In this document: positions 1 to 7,905 of the stretch, in pieces | Position numbering within the stretch: the stretch's first letter is position 1 | How the letters are laid out: every line of letters begins with the position of its first letter | NCBI GenBank assembly: GCA_045106895.1 | Contig: JBGCFM010000028.1 | Coordinates: 1-18,502, forward strand | Source: Polyangiales bacterium | GTDB lineage: Bacteria; Myxococcota_A; Polyangia; Polyangiales; Houyiibacteriaceae | Reading direction: 5' to 3' | Length of the DNA: 18,502 nt | Notes under the pieces: model-generated | Database searches by the model: none | What the model saw: only the letters and a program-made list of their open reading frames with translations | What the model was told of the DNA's origin: nothing | Position numbers and translations under genes: made by a program

Positions 1-243
1 ATGGGAGAAGTCCCCGCCGGAGCCGCCAACGGACTCTTCATATCCGGTGCCGAGAAACCCAACCTCCGCTGCGGTCTTGTAGAGTTCCCGAGGGAACTCC
101 CCGGCTTCTTCCCAAGTTAGGGCGTGGGGCGCGATGTGTGCGCGGCCAAACTGGGTGAGCTCCTGACGGATCGCTGCGTGTTCTTCGCGTTCAAAAGGAT
201 AGCGATGCATGGGCGGTCCTCAGTGGCTCTGTCTGTTGATCGT

Positions 244-1104
244 TCAGTTCATGAAAGCCGCGAGGAGCTCTTCATCCCGGAGCGCGTCTTGCCGTCCAGC
301 CGAGAGCGTCTCGTCGACGGGGGCGTGCTCGGTGTAATCCCAGCGTGTGATGGGGAGCGGCCGGTCCGGCGCAATGTAGAGGCGGGTGTCTTGCCTTCCG
401 AGCTCCGCTTCCGGATAGGGGCGTGTGAGCAGTACGAGGTTCCGTCTCACCCCTGCGGCCTCGTCGGTGATGAAGGCCGGTGCGTTGTCGATGACGCTGC
501 CGTCGATGAGCAAGCGCGAGTCGAAGCGCCCCCGTTTCGTAAACGGTGGCGTCGAGGACGAGCTGATGACGAGCTCCACGGCCTCCTCCGGCGTTTCGCA
601 CTCACGCATGTCCCAGGTGCGCTGCTTGAAACCCACGTAGCGAGGAAAGGTTGGGTGCAGCATCTTCGGGCGCATCTTCTTTTCGAGTTGGTACGCCGCC
701 ATTCCCAGGGCGATGCTGACGCCGCTGGGCAAAACCGGGGGGAACTCGCCGCAGAGGACGTTTACCGGAAAGGGCTGGGACTTCAGGCGTTCGAAGCCGC
801 CCTCGGCCAAGGAGTGGCGGATCGTCGCGCGGTAGATGTCGTCATGGGGGAAGGGGCGCTTGCCGCGGAGCAGGCGACTGAGGTCCATGTGGCCTTTGAC
901 GCCTTTCCGCCGCTCGGCGAAGAATACGCGGGTTTCTTCGGCCCGGCCGCTCAACCACACGGCGGCCATCGCGCTGCCGGCGCTGCACCCGGAGACGGCG
1001 GCGAGACGCGGCAGCAGGGCCTCCGTGTAGCGTTCCAGCCAGCCGAGTTGGTAGAAGGCGCGGCCTCCACCGCCGGCGAATGTGATTCCTAGGTCGCGTT
1101 CCAT
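244..1104 (-). CDS. Patatin-like phospholipase family protein
   Basis: 286-aa ORF with N-terminal glycine-rich oxyanion loop (FAGGGGR), nucleophile elbow G-C-S-A-G (GxSxG) and a catalytic Asp motif (IDGS), in the canonical patatin order. Confidence 0.88.
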   Translation of the reverse strand: MERDLGITFAGGGGRAFYQLGWLERYTEALLPRLAAVSGCSAGSAMAAVWLSGRAEETRVFFAERRKGVKGHMDLSRLLRGKRPFPHDDIYRATIRHSLAEGGFERLKSQPFPVNVLCGEFPPVLPSGVSIALGMAAYQLEKKMRPKMLHPTFPRYVGFKQRTWDMRECETPEEAVELVISSSSTPPFTKRGRFDSRLLIDGSVIDNAPAFITDEAAGVRRNLVLLTRPYPEAELGRQDTRLYIAPDRPLPITRWDYTEHAPVDETLSAGRQDALRDEELLAAFMN

Positions 1105-1194
1105 GTGTGCCGATCTCCGAAGTTTCTAGCCTCTTCGCCCTCCATTCGCCAGCGAACCTTGTGCGCGGCGGTGCTGCACCCGCACACTGCGAGC

Positions 1195-2193
1195 GTGGTA
1201 TCCACACGAACAGCATTGTGGTTTGGCGCGCTCTCGCTCTGCCTTCTCGCGCCCAGCGCTCCTTCCCGCGCACAGCAGGCAGCCCACGAGCTTCGTTTCG
1301 CGACGTTGGCGCCGGAGGGCTCCCCATGGATGCGTTCGCTACGTCGATGGGACCGGGCGCTCCGCGAAGAGACCGCGGGCCGGGTCGGTCTGCGCATCTA
1401 CCCCGGTGGCTCCCAGGGGCAAGAGCCGATGGTCATCGACAAGATGAGCGCAGGGCAGCTCGATGGAGCTGCGCTGACCACCACGGGCCTCTCTCAAATC
1501 GTCCGGCCCGTTCTTGTTCTCGGCCTCGCCAGCGTCATCGGCGACTACGAGGCCCTCGACCGAGTTCGCCGCCGTATGGGCCCCCGCTTTTCGCACTATT
1601 TCGAGCGCGAGGGCTACAGCCTCGTCGGTTGGGGAGACGTCGGGCGTGCTCGGCTCTTTTCCCGTGAACGCATCGCGCGCCCGAGTGATCTCCGCCGTGC
1701 GCGCGTCTGGGCTCCCCGCAGCGACGAGGTCTTCAGTGAGTTCCTCGCGACCATCGGGGCGCGCCCGCGACGGCTTGGCGTCACCGAAGTTTACCCCGCT
1801 CTTCAGACGGGAATGGTTGATGCCGTGCCTGCCTCGGCGCTCGCAGTCGTGGCGTTGCAGTGGCACACGCGACTTCGCTTCTTTACGGAGGACAGCGCCG
1901 GGGTGCTCATCGGCGCGACGGTTTTTCGCAGCGAACGCGTCGCCCAGCTCAGCGAAGAAGACCAAGCTACGCTGATGCGCACGGCTCATCGCCTGGAACG
2001 GCGGGCGCAGCGTTTGGTTCGTCGGGCGGATGATGAAGCCCTCGTGACCCTCCGCCGTCGATTGCAGAGCGTGGACACCTCGCCTTACCAAGACGAGTGG
2101 CTCCGCGCCGGGGAGACGACACTCGGCCGCCTTCAGGGGCGGGTCTTTCCCGCGGCCCTCGTCGAGGCGGTGGTACGAGCGGCCACGGAGTAG
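1195..2193 (+). CDS. dctP: TRAP transporter solute-binding protein (DctP family, TatP-like subtype)
   Basis: Signal-peptide-like N-terminus (from GTG at 1195: VVSTRTALWFGALSLCLLAPSAPSRA-QQ), then LRFATLAPEGSPW, IYPGGSQG, GQLDGA and EVYPALQTGMVDA motifs typical of DctP. The start is inferred; the ORF track opens at 1105. Confidence 0.85.
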   Translation: MVSTRTALWFGALSLCLLAPSAPSRAQQAAHELRFATLAPEGSPWMRSLRRWDRALREETAGRVGLRIYPGGSQGQEPMVIDKMSAGQLDGAALTTTGLSQIVRPVLVLGLASVIGDYEALDRVRRRMGPRFSHYFEREGYSLVGWGDVGRARLFSRERIARPSDLRRARVWAPRSDEVFSEFLATIGARPRRLGVTEVYPALQTGMVDAVPASALAVVALQWHTRLRFFTEDSAGVLIGATVFRSERVAQLSEEDQATLMRTAHRLERRAQRLVRRADDEALVTLRRRLQSVDTSPYQDEWLRAGETTLGRLQGRVFPAALVEAVVRAATE

Positions 2194-2210
2194 GCGCTCA
2201 GCGACGCCCG

Positions 2211-3767
2211 CTAGGAGTTCTCGCGGGCGCGGAGCTCTCGCCTGAGGATCTTGCCGGAAGCGGACTTCGGAATCGCCTCAAGGAACTCCACGACGCTGAT
2301 CTTTTTGTACGTCGCCACCTGCGCGGCGATGTGCTCTTTGACCGCTTCTTCGCTGAGCGACTCGCTGGTGCGAACCACGAATGCTTTGACGCGCTCGCCG
2401 GCCTCTAGGTCCGGGACTCCGATGACCGCGGCGTCTGCAATCTCTTCGTGTCCGACCAAGAGGGCTTCAAGTTCCGCGGGTGCAACCTGGAAGCCTTTGA
2501 CCTTGATGAGCTCCTTCATGCGGTCGACGATGAAGGTGTGACCGTCCTCCAGCACGATGGCGATATCGCCGGTGTGCAGCCAGCCATCGGCGTCCACCGT
2601 TGAGCCCGTCGCGTCCGCGTTTCCAAGGTATCCCTTCATCACCTGTGGGCCACGAATCCAGAGCTCTCCGCGCTCTCCGATGGCGGCGTCGCTTCGCGCG
2701 CCATCATCGCCCTCGGTGACGACGCGGGCTTCCGTGTTCGGCACGAGTGTTCCAACGGAGCCCGCTCGATAGTGGCCCTCCTGGATGGTGTGCGTCACCG
2801 GCGAGAGCTCCGTCATGCCGTAACCCTGGGCGACGGAGCAGCCGAGGCGCTTTGCGGCAGCTTCGGCGAGGTCGCCTCCGAGGGGAGCGGCGCCGGAGAA
2901 GATCTCCACAACGCTCGAGAGGTCGAACTTGTCTACGATGGGGTGCTTGGCGAGCGCCAAGACAACGGGCGGGACGAGGAAGAGCCGGCTGACCTTCCAC
3001 TTTTGAGTGAGCTCGAGCATCTGCACCATGTCGAAGCGCGGCGCGGTCACGACGGTGCATCCGCGGGCGAGCATGAAGTTCATCAGAACCTGCATTCCGT
3101 AGATGTGGAAGAAGGGGAGGACGGCAAAACAGACCTCACCCTCGGCGACGTGTTTGTGCGCTTCGAGCTGCAGCACGTTCGCGACGAGATTGTGATGGGT
3201 GAGCATGACGCCCTTCGGCAAGCCCGTTGTGCCCGACGAGTAGGGCAGAGCCACGACGTGGTCCTTGAGCGGCACTCTCACCTGCTCCGCCAGCGGCTCC
3301 CCTTCGATGTCCGCAAAGAACGCCTCCGCGGCACCTTCGTACATTCGCAGCTCGACGCCTGCTTCCTTCGCGGCGGCCTCTGCGGTCTCCGCGAAGAGTG
3401 CGGAAGCGACGAGCGTCGTCGCCTCGGCGTCTTTCAGCTGGTGCACCACTTCGCGAACGCCGTAGCTCGGGTTCAGCGTCGTGACCGTGCCGCCCGCGTA
3501 GGCGAGGGCGTGGAACACAACGGCGTACTCGGGCGAGTTCGGTGCCATGATCGCCCACGTTGTTCCGGGGCCTACGCCGCGCGCTTTGAGGCCACCGGCG
3601 ACGCGACGTACACGCTCGGCGAAGTCGCCATACGTCATCGAACGGCCGGTGGGGCCGTCGACGAAGGCCAACGAGTCTTTTAGGCGTTCGGCGTGACGAA
3701 TGGAAAGCTCGGTGATCGAGAGTTCATCGATTTCGATTGGCGCGCCTGCGCTGCGGAGAATGTTCAT
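2211..3767 (-). CDS. 4-coumarate--CoA ligase-like AMP-binding enzyme (acyl/aryl-CoA synthetase)
   Basis: AMP-binding motifs LPYSSGTTGLPKGV, LPFFHIYG, QGYGMTE, GELWIRGPQVMKGY, GWLHTGD, DRMKELIKVKGFQVAPAELE and PKSASGKILRR. Start placed at ATG 3767 (MNILRS) to avoid overlap with the divergent gene. Confidence 0.92.
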   Translation of the reverse strand: MNILRSAGAPIEIDELSITELSIRHAERLKDSLAFVDGPTGRSMTYGDFAERVRRVAGGLKARGVGPGTTWAIMAPNSPEYAVVFHALAYAGGTVTTLNPSYGVREVVHQLKDAEATTLVASALFAETAEAAAKEAGVELRMYEGAAEAFFADIEGEPLAEQVRVPLKDHVVALPYSSGTTGLPKGVMLTHHNLVANVLQLEAHKHVAEGEVCFAVLPFFHIYGMQVLMNFMLARGCTVVTAPRFDMVQMLELTQKWKVSRLFLVPPVVLALAKHPIVDKFDLSSVVEIFSGAAPLGGDLAEAAAKRLGCSVAQGYGMTELSPVTHTIQEGHYRAGSVGTLVPNTEARVVTEGDDGARSDAAIGERGELWIRGPQVMKGYLGNADATGSTVDADGWLHTGDIAIVLEDGHTFIVDRMKELIKVKGFQVAPAELEALLVGHEEIADAAVIGVPDLEAGERVKAFVVRTSESLSEEAVKEHIAAQVATYKKISVVEFLEAIPKSASGKILRRELRARENS

Positions 3768-3867
3768 CGCCGCGAGGGTACTGGATCTTGGGAATAGGAA
3801 GAACCATTCCGGTGTAGTCCCCGTCCAGCGCTCTTGCGTTTCGCAGGGCGCGTGGGAAGGACTTTGT

Positions 3868-5928
3868 ATGCGTTTCTCCAATCGTTACTTCGCTCTGGCC
3901 CTTCTTGTCGGGTGCGGCGGTGGCCAGGCCCCCGTTGAAACGACTCCTGAGCCTGAGACCGAAGAGCCCGCCCCTGCCGCGACCCGAGAGGTCGAAGCGG
4001 AGGACTCGACTCTTGAATTTGCTGCCGCGGAGGGAGCGCAAGCGGTCAGCGGCGACGCGGTGGTCGAGGTTCCTGCCGGTTGGACGATGGCGCGGGACGG
4101 CGAGGACGCTCACTTTCGCCCGCGGGATGGCGGCATTCACATCGCCATCACCAGCCAGGAGCTCATCGAGCCCTTCGACCCGGAAGATCAACAACGCATC
4201 GCGGCGTTTGCTATGAACGTTTGGCGTCGTCTCGACCCCACGTTTCGACGGCAGCCCCTCGGCGTCCGCGTCGTTCCAGGGACCGCCTGGGACTTCTTGG
4301 CCCAGATTCACTTTGACGCCGGCGCGAGTGGCGACGCTGCGTTCATTGCCGTTCTCGCCGTCCACGGCACACGCGCTTATGTGTCGATTCTCGACGGCAA
4401 TATGGACGCACTCGCCCGTCGCGGAGCGGACGCCAACGTGCTTATCGGGTCCCTTCGCCCGGAGGGATACGAGGAGCAGGATTGGGCGTCCTTAGAGGCG
4501 CAGTCCATCGACGAAGAAAAGCTCGCTACTCTGCGTGCGTCCATCGAGACCCTGCGTGAAGCGGAACACATCCCCGGCGCCGCGGTTCTCGTCACGCGGG
4601 CGGACGAGGTTCTCCTGAGCGAAGGCTTTGGAACACGCGCAGCCGGCGGGCGAGCCGCCGTCACGGATCGAACGGTCTTCATGATTGGCTCCGCCACGAA
4701 GCCCTTCGTGTCGCTCCTCGCCGCACGCCTCATCGCGGCTGGACGCACCACGTGGGAGACCCCTGTCCACGACATTTTGCCGTCGTTTGGCCTCGCCGAC
4801 GAGGAGGCGACGGTAGCGCTCCAGCTCCGCCATACGCTCTGCGCCTGCACTGGCTTTCCTCGGCGCGACCTCGAGTTCATCTTTGAGTACAGCGGCGCGG
4901 GCTCCGAGCAATGTCTCCGCACCTTGAGCACCCTCGCGCCCACCACGGGCTTCGGCGAGACGTTCCAGTACAGCAATCAGCTCGTCGCCCTCGGCGGTTA
5001 CGCCCTTGGCCGAGTTAGCGACGCCCGACGCCCTCTCGATGCGGCGTTCTCCCGTGCCCTCGACCGTGAGGTTCTGCGTCCCCTGGGCATGCGAAACACC
5101 ACCCTCTCGATGAGTCGTGCGCGACGCGGCGACCACGCATCGCCCCACGCGTCTAACCTTGACGGAGAGATGATCCCGGTCCCTTTCGAAGTCGAAGAGG
5201 CGATCGAGAGCGTAGGTCCTGCGGGGGCGCTCTGGTCGAACCTGCGAGACCTAGGCAAGTACGTTCAGATGGAGCTTCGTGGTGGCGTCGGAGATCGCAA
5301 CCGCCGCTTTCTCGAAGAAGAAGCGCTGGTCGTTCGTCGCGAAGCGGGCGTCGCCGCGGGCAACGACGTGACGTATGGGCTGGGTCTCTTTCGCTATGAC
5401 CTCAATGGGCTCATCGCCTTCGGCCACGGCGGCAACACCCTCGGCTTTACGTCGGATGTTATTTTCTTCCCGTCCCTCGACCTCGCGATCGTCACCCTCA
5501 CGAACGCCGCGAACGCCAACGGCTTCACCGAGAGCGTCCGGGCCTTGGTCCTCGAGATGGCGCTCGGCGTGGAGCTGAATCCAATCGATGCCGCAGCGGG
5601 CCGCCGTCGATTCCGTGACCAAGCACTGGCTGCTGCACGCGAGGGCATCCGCCCTCCGACGAGCGCGGAGAGCGCGAGCATGGTCGGGACCTACCGTTCG
5701 ACGGACCTTGGGGAGATCACCGTTCGCGTCGGCGAAGATGGCGAACTCATCCTCGACGCCGGAGAATGGAGCACGCCGCTGGCCTTGAGCGCGGAAGAGG
5801 GGGGCGGTTTGCAGTGGGTCTTCCGGGAAGCGCCCCTCGCCGGGCTTCCTATTCTTCAGGAAGGAAACGCGCTGCGTATTCCTTTCCCACAGGCGAACTA
5901 CCAGTTCGACCGCGTCGTCTCGGAGTGA
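3868..5928 (+). CDS. Serine hydrolase (beta-lactamase/AmpC-like family) lipoprotein with an extra N-terminal domain
   Basis: Lipoprotein signal MRFSNRYFALALLVGC from ATG 3868 (GGAAGG upstream); SxxK (GSATK), YxN (FQYSN) and HGG (FGHGGNTLGF) motifs, plus IPGAAV and LGMRNT segments typical of the family. Confidence 0.88.
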   Translation: MRFSNRYFALALLVGCGGGQAPVETTPEPETEEPAPAATREVEAEDSTLEFAAAEGAQAVSGDAVVEVPAGWTMARDGEDAHFRPRDGGIHIAITSQELIEPFDPEDQQRIAAFAMNVWRRLDPTFRRQPLGVRVVPGTAWDFLAQIHFDAGASGDAAFIAVLAVHGTRAYVSILDGNMDALARRGADANVLIGSLRPEGYEEQDWASLEAQSIDEEKLATLRASIETLREAEHIPGAAVLVTRADEVLLSEGFGTRAAGGRAAVTDRTVFMIGSATKPFVSLLAARLIAAGRTTWETPVHDILPSFGLADEEATVALQLRHTLCACTGFPRRDLEFIFEYSGAGSEQCLRTLSTLAPTTGFGETFQYSNQLVALGGYALGRVSDARRPLDAAFSRALDREVLRPLGMRNTTLSMSRARRGDHASPHASNLDGEMIPVPFEVEEAIESVGPAGALWSNLRDLGKYVQMELRGGVGDRNRRFLEEEALVVRREAGVAAGNDVTYGLGLFRYDLNGLIAFGHGGNTLGFTSDVIFFPSLDLAIVTLTNAANANGFTESVRALVLEMALGVELNPIDAAAGRRRFRDQALAAAREGIRPPTSAESASMVGTYRSTDLGEITVRVGEDGELILDAGEWSTPLALSAEEGGGLQWVFREAPLAGLPILQEGNALRIPFPQANYQFDRVVSE

Positions 5929-5935
5929 AGAGCGC

Positions 5936-6523
5936 ATGACCGAGTTGTCCAACGTCATCGGCTTTGACGATGCGCCCTTCGAGCACGCCCATCGCGGCGA
6001 TGTCAGTCTCATCGGGACCATCTGCGCACGGACACGCCTCGATGTCGTGCTTCGTTCGAAGGTGCGTCGCGACGGCGTGAACTCGACGGACGCGATGCTC
6101 TCTCTTATCCAGGACACGGGCCGCGCCAGCCACGTGCAAGCCGTGCTTCTTCAGGGCATCGCGGTGGCAGGGTTTAATGTGGTCGATATCCACCGCATGA
6201 GCGAAACGCTGGGGTTGCCGGTGCTCGTCGTCGCGCGCCGCCGACCGCGCATGAAGGCGGTTTTTCGCGCTCTCGACGCCCTGCCGGGAGGCGCCAAGAA
6301 GCGCGCCCTCGTCGAAGCGGCGGGGCCGATGGAAGAGCTGCCGGCGCCACGTAAGGGGCCACGAACAAGCTCCATCTTCGTCCAACGAGCCGGGCTATCG
6401 CGCCAGGCCGCCATCGGCCTGCTGCGTGTCACGACGCTGCACGGAAACCTCCCGGAACCCCTACGCTTGGCGCATCTGATCGCCGGCGGAGTGACCACTG
6501 GCGTAAGCCGCGGCCGCGCATAG
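5936..6523 (+). CDS. DUF99/UPF0215 family protein (endonuclease V-like fold, putative nuclease)
   Basis: 195 aa with VIGFDDAPF, DGVNSTD, GIAVAGFNVVDI, LPVLVV and C-terminal PEPLRLAHLIA motifs recognised as DUF99. Starts 7 nt after the hydrolase stop codon. Confidence 0.85.
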   Translation: MTELSNVIGFDDAPFEHAHRGDVSLIGTICARTRLDVVLRSKVRRDGVNSTDAMLSLIQDTGRASHVQAVLLQGIAVAGFNVVDIHRMSETLGLPVLVVARRRPRMKAVFRALDALPGGAKKRALVEAAGPMEELPAPRKGPRTSSIFVQRAGLSRQAAIGLLRVTTLHGNLPEPLRLAHLIAGGVTTGVSRGRA

Positions 6524-6547
6524 GCCGCGCTTACGCTCCGAGCAGTC

Positions 6548-7396
6548 TCAAGGCATCGGCGGGATCCGGGCCCCGGCGGCGGCCCATCGCTCGAGGCCAC
6601 GCGTGTCGAGGCCAGCGTGAGCGAAGCCCGGAATGACCACTCCGTGGAGCGTTTCGGTGATCGCGTCTTGCGTGGCTTCGTGCGGGGGAATCCCGTGGGC
6701 GGCGAGGGCATCATCCTCCGGCAGCTCGATGGCGCGCCACTCCCTGAGGTTGCAGATGGTGATAGGCAGCAGCCAGTCCGAGAGCAGGCGATTCATCGCC
6801 GGGGGCAAGTCGTGCATGAACCCCCAGCCGATACGCGCGTGGTCCACCTCGTCGCTGAGAAGCTCCCGCAGCGCCCACTTCGCCACGGGCGAGGAGGCGT
6901 GCTCTTGCGCAGTGTTTAGATATGCGCTGGCGAAGGTCTCGTTGAGGCAACACTGACCCACGATGTAGAGCGCGTGGCGGAGAGCGTCGGGCGCGCCGGG
7001 ATGACGCGGGCGATGCTCCGGAAGGACTTCGTAGGGGCTCACGACGCGCCCGATATATCTCCCGGCCACGTCTTCGCAGAGCGCCGCGTGACGGTGCTCG
7101 TCGTCCACCGCGCGCGTGGCCAAGCGGATGAGCCCGCGGTCGGCATTGAGGCACACCAACGCGTCGCGAACCACGGCGAACTGCCCGGCAACGCGGGCCT
7201 CCGTGGACGCCTGCATGTGCCATGTGGAGGCGACGTCGACGCGCTCCTGAGGGCTGAGGGCAAGAACGTCGTCGCTGGCGGCGTCGCGTATCTCCGGGGC
7301 CGGGTGACGGGTGGCTTCGCCGGCCCAACGACCGTCGGCTCGAAGAGCGGAGCGGGTCTGGGGGGAAGCGAAGGTGTCTGAGGGCGCGATGTTCAT
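6548..7396 (-). CDS. Ferritin-like (di-iron carboxylate) domain protein
   Basis: 282 aa from ATG 7396, which overlaps the upstream TGA as ATGA. Ligand pattern E66 ... E100xxH103 (DDEHRH) ... E153 ... E183xxH186 (SDEVDHARIGW). No signal peptide evident. Confidence 0.8.
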   Translation of the reverse strand: MNIAPSDTFASPQTRSALRADGRWAGEATRHPAPEIRDAASDDVLALSPQERVDVASTWHMQASTEARVAGQFAVVRDALVCLNADRGLIRLATRAVDDEHRHAALCEDVAGRYIGRVVSPYEVLPEHRPRHPGAPDALRHALYIVGQCCLNETFASAYLNTAQEHASSPVAKWALRELLSDEVDHARIGWGFMHDLPPAMNRLLSDWLLPITICNLREWRAIELPEDDALAAHGIPPHEATQDAITETLHGVVIPGFAHAGLDTRGLERWAAAGARIPPMP

Positions 7397-7803
7397 GGCT
7401 GCAGACATCGGCCGCTCGCGTCGGTGCACTCTGTTCGCTCGACGCCATCGGCGCGGACCACGGAGCAGTCCCAGGGGTCGACCCGTCGTCGGCCGCTCTT
7501 CGTTGTGCCCCAACCGACCTCGCATTGGCGCATCTCCGTGACCTCGGCCTCTGCGACGGCAGGTTCGGGGGCGCGGGACACGGTTCCGGCGTATCCAGAA
7601 CCGGACGCAGAACTGGACCCTTCGCTCGAGCCCCCGTAGGCGCTCCCGCCGTAGCTTTCGCTGGACGTGGATGCTTCGACGACCTCTGCGCCGGAGCCCG
7701 AGGACGCGGTATCCACGTCGAGTGCTTCAGGCGGCGTGGAGGCGCAGCCCTCAAGGGCTAGGACGCTTGAGAAAACGAGAGTGTGTAAGAACCGGTGCTT
7801 CAT
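7393..7803 (-). CDS. Small exported protein/probable lipoprotein with Ser/Gly-rich linker and 4-Cys C-terminal module
   Basis: 136 aa; AGGAG Shine-Dalgarno just upstream of ATG 7803; MKHRFLHTLVFSSVLALEGC signal with lipobox-like Cys20; its stop codon overlaps the next start codon (ATGA). Confidence 0.72.
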   Translation of the reverse strand: MKHRFLHTLVFSSVLALEGCASTPPEALDVDTASSGSGAEVVEASTSSESYGGSAYGGSSEGSSSASGSGYAGTVSRAPEPAVAEAEVTEMRQCEVGWGTTKSGRRRVDPWDCSVVRADGVERTECTDASGRCLQP

Positions 7804-7809
7804 GGGTGC

Positions 7810-7814
7810 TCCTG
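7810..7814 (-). promoter_or_regulatory. Ribosome-binding site (AGGAG) of the small exported protein gene
   Basis: The minus strand reads ...TCAGGAGCACCC-ATG ahead of the start at 7803. Confidence 0.6.
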
Positions 7815-7905
7815 ATGGACGGCGGTTTGCCATCCCCTTTCCCACCAAACGCACCGCGCCGGCGACCGGCGCAGAGAAAGTTCAAAAATCGTCCGTCGAA
7901 GCGCC

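Noticed and set aside
1..120. Short plus-strand frame ending at TAG 120, or a minus-strand gene start at 41
   Set aside because: Too little sequence at the window edge to support either as a CDS.
124..1092. 322-aa plus-strand ORF and other overlapping short ORFs in the track
   Set aside because: They overlap genes with strong family motifs and have Arg/Ala/Pro-rich off-frame composition.
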